In this document: positions 58,144 through 64,000 of the stretch, piece after piece | How the letters are laid out: the number at the start of each line of letters is the position of its first letter | Position numbering within the stretch: the stretch's first letter is position 1 | Origin: Bdellovibrionota bacterium | GTDB lineage: Bacteria; Bdellovibrionota; UBA2428 | NCBI GenBank assembly: GCA_041750195.1 | Contig: JBGSZX010000063.1 | Span: 35,131-99,130 of the forward strand | Direction: 5' to 3' | Length of the DNA stretch: 64,000 bases | Notes under the pieces: generated by a model | What the model was told of the DNA's origin: nothing | Databases searched by the model: none | The model's input: only the letters and a program-made list of their open reading frames with translations | Made by a program: the position numbers and the translations under genes

Positions 58144-59550
58144 CTATTTGGGAGAGGTCATGTCTTCTGGGCGGACCCATTCGGCAAACTGTTCAGCAGT
58201 AAGAAAGCCTAAACTGAGAGCCGCTTCTTTAAGTGTTGAGCCTTCAGAGTGCGCTTTCTTGGCAATTTTCGCCGCTTTATCGTATCCGATATGCGGGTTG
58301 AGTGCCGTTACCAACATTAACGTATTTTCTAAGTGCTTTGCGATGGTGGGCTCATTGGCTTGAAGTCCGTCTAGGCAATTTTCAACAAAGCTGAGGGCTG
58401 AGTCGCCAAGTAGGCGGGTGGAATGAATAAGATTGTGGGCCATCAATGGCTTGAAAACATTGAGTTCAAAATTGCCGGAGCTTCCGCCTACGTTGAGGGC
58501 AACATCGTTGCCGATGACCTGGCAGCATACCATGGTCATTGATTCGCTTTGGGTGGGGTTAACTTTGCCTGGCATGATTGATGAGCCGGGTTCGTTTTCG
58601 GGCAGGTTTAATTCGCCAATGCCACAGCGTGGTCCTGATCCCAACCATCTGACATCATTTGCGATTTTCATAAAACTACAGGCCAGCGTTTTGAGGGCCC
58701 CGTGTGCAAAAACAAAAGCGTCGTGCGCCGCCAAAGCTTCAAACTTGTTGGGAGCTGTCACAAAAGCGCAGCCGCTGATTTCAGAAATTTTTTGTGCCAC
58801 AAGCACGGCAAATTTTGGATGAGTGTTGAGGCCAGTGCCAACGGCTGTCCCCCCTTGGGCAAGTTGGCGCAGTCTAGGAAGGCACTGCTCAATGCGTTCG
58901 ATGCCGTAGTCTAGTTGAGTGCGGTAGCCGGAAAATTCTTGTCCCAGAGTGAGTGGCGTTGCATCCATTAAGTGAGTTCGACCAACTTTAATAATTTTGT
59001 CGAAGGCCTTTTCTTTCTTAAGAAGGGCATCGCGGAAAAGCTTGAGATTGGGAAGAAGATGACGCTCAAATTCTTCGATGGCAGCAATGTGCATGGCTGT
59101 TGGGAAGACGTCATTGGATGACTGAGATTTGTTGACATCATCGTTGGGGTGAATCGGCTTTTTGCTGCCTACTTCACCGCCCAATATCTGAATGGCGCGG
59201 TTTGAGATAACTTCGTTGGCATTCATGTTGGATTGAGTGCCGGAACCAGTTTGCCAAATAACGAGAGGAAAATGAGCATCCCATTTGCCTTCAATGACTT
59301 CGTCGGCCGCTTGGCAAATAGCTTTGCATTTGTCTTCTGGCAGGGTGCCCAGGTCTTTGTTCGCTAAGGCTGCGCCTTTTTTAAGGATGCCGAGGGCTCT
59401 AATGATGGGCCGTGGCATATGGTCCAGGCCTACTCTAAAATTTTCTAGTGAGCGCTGAGTTTGCGCACCCCAAAGCGCGTCTTGCGGGACTTTCATTTCG
59501 CCCATGGTGTCTGTTTCAATGCGGAATTTTGAGATGTCGAATTGGCTCAT
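58144..59550 (-). CDS. fumC: Fumarate hydratase class II
   Basis: [39 protein letters not shown]. Confidence 0.97.
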   Translation of the reverse strand: MSQFDISKFRIETDTMGEMKVPQDALWGAQTQRSLENFRVGLDHMPRPIIRALGILKKGAALANKDLGTLPEDKCKAICQAADEVIEGKWDAHFPLVIWQTGSGTQSNMNANEVISNRAIQILGGEVGSKKPIHPNDDVNKSQSSNDVFPTAMHIAAIEEFERHLLPNLKLFRDALLKKEKAFDKIIKVGRTHLMDATPLTLGQEFSGYRTQLDYGIERIEQCLPRLRQLAQGGTAVGTGLNTHPKFAVLVAQKISEISGCAFVTAPNKFEALAAHDAFVFAHGALKTLACSFMKIANDVRWLGSGPRCGIGELNLPENEPGSSIMPGKVNPTQSESMTMVCCQVIGNDVALNVGGSSGNFELNVFKPLMAHNLIHSTRLLGDSALSFVENCLDGLQANEPTIAKHLENTLMLVTALNPHIGYDKAAKIAKKAHSEGSTLKEAALSLGFLTAEQFAEWVRPEDMTSPK

Positions 59551-59630
59551 GCCTGATCTTTTAGGGCGAGATGTTGTTTCGGGCAACTGGTGGATTAGCA
59601 AAAATCGTGAGCTCTCGTTATATTAATGGA

Positions 59631-60092
59631 ATGATTTTGAATGCGATGATGCTTTTGGGATGTTGGGCCGGAACTCCACATATGGAACACAAGTTTTTAG
59701 ATGATGGCAATTGTGATGATTATGCGATTGAGTTTTATATGGAGGGCGACAAACTGCATCTTCGAAAATTGGCGGTTTCTTGCCCCAATAACTTTGATAC
59801 CACTTGGACTGAATTGAATTTTGATCTTCGCGATGATGGAGTTCTTTGGGCCAAGCCGACTAGGGGCGACGAAAAAATTGTTGGTTGGTTTAAGGACGCT
59901 CAGTTTCATGCTGAAGATTCATTAAATGCGTGGATGTATAGCGTATGGCATGCAGATTATATGCGGGATGATTCGGGATCGGAGACCATAGATTGGCAAG
60001 ATCGATTGATCCGGGCTGACGAGCAATTTTGGGCTGTCCAAGGATTGCTTCAAAAGGTTGAGTGCCAAAGTCTCGAGACCATGCGGCCTTGA
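59631..60092 (+). CDS. Hypothetical protein (start uncertain)
   Basis: ORF fills the intergenic gap; beta-rich, four Cys. Confidence 0.55.
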   Translation: MILNAMMLLGCWAGTPHMEHKFLDDGNCDDYAIEFYMEGDKLHLRKLAVSCPNNFDTTWTELNFDLRDDGVLWAKPTRGDEKIVGWFKDAQFHAEDSLNAWMYSVWHADYMRDDSGSETIDWQDRLIRADEQFWAVQGLLQKVECQSLETMRP

Positions 60093-60197
60093 ATTGCTGC
60101 ATGCAATTTAATTTCACTGGCGCAAATTTAAGTCGTTTTATGTTGTGCGTATTTCTTGCGTAGTGTTTTTTGTTCTCATCATCTTGAGGAGGACGAT

Positions 60198-60623
60198 ATG
60201 AAAAATATGACATTTACAAAATTTTCTGGGTTTTTATTGTTGGCGGGAATGCTTTGGTCTGCGGGATCAATAGCATCAAGTGTTGATAGGCAGTTAGACA
60301 ACTGTACTGGAAATGTCACTTGTGTGGCCAAGGTGTTGGCTGGATTGATTGATGGGAGTGGTTCTGGAGGAGGTGGCTCTAGCGAAGTCGTTGAGTTTTA
60401 TCATGACGATGGACGTTGTAATTTTGAATCATTGCTCACTGTCCTTCCAATTGGAGTTACTGAGGCAGAATGTGTGCGCAGATCTTCTGTCATTACCGAT
60501 AGAGTTTGGGGAATCAAGTATGCAGGACGCTGCAAAGATATTAGCGACAAGAATTTTTTGGATGCCTGTAAGCTAATCTCCGCAGGGGCCATTCCAAGTT
60601 TTGAAGACGCGGCCCTAAAATGA
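60198..60623 (+). CDS. Small secreted Cys-rich hypothetical protein
   Basis: GAGGAGG SD, signal peptide, six Cys, Gly/Ser linker. Confidence 0.75.
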   Translation: MKNMTFTKFSGFLLLAGMLWSAGSIASSVDRQLDNCTGNVTCVAKVLAGLIDGSGSGGGGSSEVVEFYHDDGRCNFESLLTVLPIGVTEAECVRRSSVITDRVWGIKYAGRCKDISDKNFLDACKLISAGAIPSFEDAALK

Positions 60624-60660
60624 GCGCGGCCCTAAATTCTTCCGAATAATATTCTTACGA

Positions 60661-61665
60661 TTAATTTCCGAAAAGCAAATCGATCACTTGGAGCATCTCT
60701 TCGCGAGTTGTTCCAAGTATCAGTAGATGATCTTTGAATAGCTCGGACTTATTGGCGTATTCAGGGTCGATCTCAATATTCCAAACATGGTTGGCGCGCA
60801 ATTTTTGAAGAATCGTAGGGTCCGAAAGCACTTCATCTAACTCTGGCAAGGCTGCCGTAAAATGTGCACGTTTTGCCCAAGGGCCAATGCTCACACCAAT
60901 TTTTTTAAGATAGGTAATTTCTAAAAGTTTCATCATGGCATCATCCGTGATCACAGGAGTTCCGCCAAAAACACGTTCGTGTCCTAGGTATAAAAATGAT
61001 TCTTTCCATCTATGTCGGGGCTCTTCCCAATCATGAAATTCTTGATAAACACTTCCGGCTTGAGGAATGAAGTTTGTGGCGTTTGTGAGGTGAATCGCTT
61101 CTAGTTTGTTCATCTCTCTTTTAATATCTTGGTTAAAAGTTGCGTAAGAGTAAAAATCCCAGAGTGTTTGTGTGGCAGACGCATTGGTGGGGAGATCATA
61201 GTCGTTAACTTTTTCGAATTTGAGATTTGAAAAATCTTTTTTGACATCACGCTCGAGTCTGCGAAGGTCACCAATCTTAAGAACTTCATCAATAATTTTT
61301 CCGCGAACAAGTTCACGGACATCATGCGGGGCGGGCCAACGAAGCTTGTGGCCAACAAGAGAGGTGACTTCATCGAGGTCATTATCGTTGAGGTGAAAGG
61401 CTTCCATGTCCTTGACTTCGATTGTTTTAACGGCGCTTCCTTTTTTATCGAAATATCCGGTGATTGATTCATCAAAGACTAACTCATGAATTTGATCCAC
61501 AACTTTAGCCTTTTCGAGCTCTGGCATGCGGGGGGCGAAAGTTAGGTCGATGCGAGCTTCAAGCTGAGCGAGTTTTTCTTTATAGTTTGGCGTCACGGCA
61601 AAGGCGCTTGGTAGTGTGATGTAAAATGAAAGGCCAAGTAGTAATTTTGAAGCATTTGAAAACAT
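60661..61665 (-). CDS. Hypothetical secreted protein
   Basis: GGAGG SD, signal peptide ending SAFA. Confidence 0.75.
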   Translation of the reverse strand: MFSNASKLLLGLSFYITLPSAFAVTPNYKEKLAQLEARIDLTFAPRMPELEKAKVVDQIHELVFDESITGYFDKKGSAVKTIEVKDMEAFHLNDNDLDEVTSLVGHKLRWPAPHDVRELVRGKIIDEVLKIGDLRRLERDVKKDFSNLKFEKVNDYDLPTNASATQTLWDFYSYATFNQDIKREMNKLEAIHLTNATNFIPQAGSVYQEFHDWEEPRHRWKESFLYLGHERVFGGTPVITDDAMMKLLEITYLKKIGVSIGPWAKRAHFTAALPELDEVLSDPTILQKLRANHVWNIEIDPEYANKSELFKDHLLILGTTREEMLQVIDLLFGN

Positions 61666-61823
61666 AAAGATTCCTCCAGGCCCCGCAAACTAGGCGGACT
61701 TAGGTGTCGGTGCAAGTCATCTTGCTATGACGCGATATGTTATTTGCGGCTACGGTAGGTCACAGAAAACTCTTTTCAACTGATATAAAAATGAAGTGCT
61801 ATGAATGAATACTAGAAAAGTAA

Positions 61824-61900
61824 TGGTAGGTCGTCCCGGGCTCGAACCGGGGACCCTCTCCTTAAAAGGGAGATGCTCTAACCAACTGAGCTAACGACCC
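61824..61900 (-). tRNA. tRNA-Lys(UUU)
   Basis: GGGTCGTTAGCTCAGTTGGTTAGAGC...TCTCC-CTTTTAA-GGAGA...GGTTCGAGCCC...ACCA; cloverleaf with encoded CCA. Confidence 0.97.
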
Positions 61901-61915
61901 GCAGAAGGAGATAGG

Positions 61916-62785
61916 ATGATTGGCGCGATGAGGCAACCCCAAATTTACAAAATTTTGTTGATTTTTTTTCTGGCGGGACAATTCCTGGGCTGTAGCTCGC
62001 TTAGATTGGCGCCACAGGAGACTCCTCGGGCCTTGGAGGCGAGTTTTTTTTCGATGGGAACGCGCTGGAATTTCTCAACAACCGGTGTTTCGCCCGAAAA
62101 GTTTCAAAATTTAAAAGCTAAGCTGACAGCGCTCGCATTGCTATATGAAGAGACTTTTTCGGATTGGTCGGAATCAAGCGAATTGAGAAAACTTGAAAAA
62201 AGTGGGCTGGGGAATAAACAGGTTCCTTCTGCACTTTTTTGGGATGGCCTTCTTTTGGCAAAGGACGCGTATCTTCTTAGTCATGAAAAGTTTGATATCA
62301 CGATTGGTGATGTGCAGTGGAAGCTTCGTAAATTTCCTTACGGCTTGAAACATTTAAAAGTTGATACCAAAGAAAAGTCGTTTTCTTTTTCAAAACCAGT
62401 TAAGCGCCTAACCTTTGGTGGCATAGCTAAAGGTATGGCCTTGGGAGATATGGCCGAAATGTTGCTTCGTTCTGGTATTCAAGAATTTAGAATTGATGCG
62501 GGTGGGGGAAACATTGTTGAGGCCAATCGTAATGGAGAACTAAAGTTTGTTTCGAAGTCTAGGATTTTTGCTTCTGGAAGCGCTAGCGAAATTCATATTT
62601 TTGATCCGAATTCTAAGATGTCACTTAGGAAAAACTTAGACGAACAAATAGAATTGCATTGCTCTGGAGCCGAGTTTTCTAGGGGCGCTTTGATGCGTCT
62701 TGGGGCCTTGTCGGACGCCTTGTCGACGGCTCTCTTGCTAGACAAAACGATACCTATGTTAGCGCATTGTAAATTAATGCCGTAG
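61916..62785 (+). CDS. apbE: FAD:protein FMN transferase (ApbE-like) lipoprotein
   Basis: Lipobox FLGC; SMGT, FS.W...SEL, FDITIG, GGIAKG, DAGGG, HIFDP, SDALSTAL. Confidence 0.85.
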   Translation: MIGAMRQPQIYKILLIFFLAGQFLGCSSLRLAPQETPRALEASFFSMGTRWNFSTTGVSPEKFQNLKAKLTALALLYEETFSDWSESSELRKLEKSGLGNKQVPSALFWDGLLLAKDAYLLSHEKFDITIGDVQWKLRKFPYGLKHLKVDTKEKSFSFSKPVKRLTFGGIAKGMALGDMAEMLLRSGIQEFRIDAGGGNIVEANRNGELKFVSKSRIFASGSASEIHIFDPNSKMSLRKNLDEQIELHCSGAEFSRGALMRLGALSDALSTALLLDKTIPMLAHCKLMP

Positions 62786-62878
62786 GCTTCCATTGTTTTG
62801 TTAAGTTTTCATTAAGATCGAAAAAGTAGGGCACATTTTAGGACGGGAACTTGCCAAATTGGTTACAATATAAGAGAG

Positions 62879-63820
62879 ATGACGGCTGTTTTTTACAGAT
62901 TATTTGATCGGGGATGTGGGCGCATAGTTAGCCTCATCGGACTACCTGCATTGCTATGCTTGCTAAATGCCTGTATGGCCATTGCGCCTGGTGCGGGTTC
63001 ACAAGAAGTATTTTTTGTCTTACACGATGGAACGCTTCAATGGTCAGAATCCACAGAACTATATACGAATCAATCGGCATTTGTAGTTGAGGGCTCATGT
63101 GATGTACGTGTGAGTCAGGCCAAAGTTGTGATCAGCGGACCTGGTGGGACTAAAACTTACACAACTCCGTGCGCTTCTGGTGGATTTAGATTTGAATTAA
63201 CGGATGCTAAAAAGTTGCCGTCAAATGGGGATTATGCCATGTCTTTTTTCCCTTTAGATGTTGAAGGGCAGCCATTTAATGTCGTTGAGGAACGTGTTTT
63301 GAAATATCAGCTCCGCGATTTATCAAATGAAATTGTTGTGAATCAGCCTTCGTCTAGCGGGCAAACGGTGGTGACTCCTACTTTTGATTTTTCGGGTTTG
63401 TGTTCGTCCAATTATGCCCTTAGTTTGAGTTTATCGGTTTCTTCGTCCACTTTGCCTGTTAGTTGTGCAAAAGGTGGAGGATGGAACTTTAATAGTGTCC
63501 CTTTAGTTCTGGGAGCAAATACTGTGGATCTAGCCTGGAGTGATGAATACGGAAATAATTCGTCTTCAAGTTTGACCATTATCCGGAGTCTCCCTGGGGC
63601 GGCCACATTCGTAAACGGAATGCTTTCTGGTACCCCTTCAGGTTTTGTGGATTCTTCGCCGTCTGGTGGTAACCGGGCAAAACTTTATTGGTCGTCGGCA
63701 CTGCCTCTTGCCGCAGCTCCTAATACGGGCCAACCAAACCCTTTAACCATAGAGTCAAATCCTGCTGGTCGAGGTTGGGTTATCCCAGGGGTATTCGGTC
63801 GTATAGTGAATACTCCGTAA
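62879..63820 (+). CDS. Lipoprotein with Ig-like domains
   Basis: Lipobox LNAC; two G.C...C..G beta-sandwich-like modules resembling the Ig-like segment of the 12984 protein. Confidence 0.65.
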   Translation: MTAVFYRLFDRGCGRIVSLIGLPALLCLLNACMAIAPGAGSQEVFFVLHDGTLQWSESTELYTNQSAFVVEGSCDVRVSQAKVVISGPGGTKTYTTPCASGGFRFELTDAKKLPSNGDYAMSFFPLDVEGQPFNVVEERVLKYQLRDLSNEIVVNQPSSSGQTVVTPTFDFSGLCSSNYALSLSLSVSSSTLPVSCAKGGGWNFNSVPLVLGANTVDLAWSDEYGNNSSSSLTIIRSLPGAATFVNGMLSGTPSGFVDSSPSGGNRAKLYWSSALPLAAAPNTGQPNPLTIESNPAGRGWVIPGVFGRIVNTP

Positions 63821-63821
63821 T

Positions 63822-64000
63822 TTAGGCGACTTCTTTTTTATCGTTCACGACAATATCTGCCGAAACCACAACGTTTCTCGAGGCCTTTTTGGCTTTGTAG
63901 AGCGCTTCGTCAGCAATTTGAATGAGTTCTTTCATGACTTGTCCGTGTTCCGGAAAGGTAGAGACACCTATGGACACTGTTAATTTTCCTAGCGGCTGCG
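63822..64000 (-). CDS. C-terminal end of a GGDEF diguanylate-cyclase-family protein (truncated by window end)
   Basis: QPLGKLTVSIGVSTFPEHG...LIQIADEALYKAKKASRNVV. Confidence 0.88.
   Translation of the reverse strand, partial: QPLGKLTVSIGVSTFPEHGQVMKELIQIADEALYKAKKASRNVVVSADIVVNDKKEVA

Noticed and set aside
59571-61900. Prophage or integrative element at tRNA-Lys
   Set aside because: No integrase, phage genes or duplicated tRNA 3' end was seen.

Overview
Chromosomal segment of a Gram-negative bacterium, most plausibly Bdellovibrionota (inferred from gene content, not from a marker tree). It holds housekeeping blocks (rsmH-ftsL-ftsI-murE; rsmD-coaD; trmFO; tolQRAB-xseB-ispA-tlyA; tsaC; ppx; glmU-glmS; ihfA; epmA; prmA; dcd; prkA; rpsR; fumC; tRNA-Lys) and several accessory or regulatory features. 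The main ones are: (1) a Flp/Tad pilus cluster with sigma28-like promoters, followed by a YD/RHS protein and a small disordered secreted protein, i.e. the gene order of the Bdellovibrio 'hit' locus (bd0108/bd0109) with a divergent Bd0108 stand-in; (2) an unannotated 39-aa very basic ORF overlapping the start of an N-terminally extended S18 outside the usual rpsF operon, followed by palindromic echoes of the S18 3' end; (3) a short flagellin with a ~300-nt structured, GGA-rich leader, a 6-codon uORF and a 16-bp direct repeat flanking the gene; (4) a cytochrome c/DUF1592-family lipoprotein plus Tat-type DUF1552 pair next to a frameshifted metalloprotease; (5) a Y1/HUH RAYT-like transposase with unusual flanking repeats. 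No CRISPR array, rRNA, integrase or prophage was seen. All family assignments come from motif recognition by eye and need HMM confirmation.
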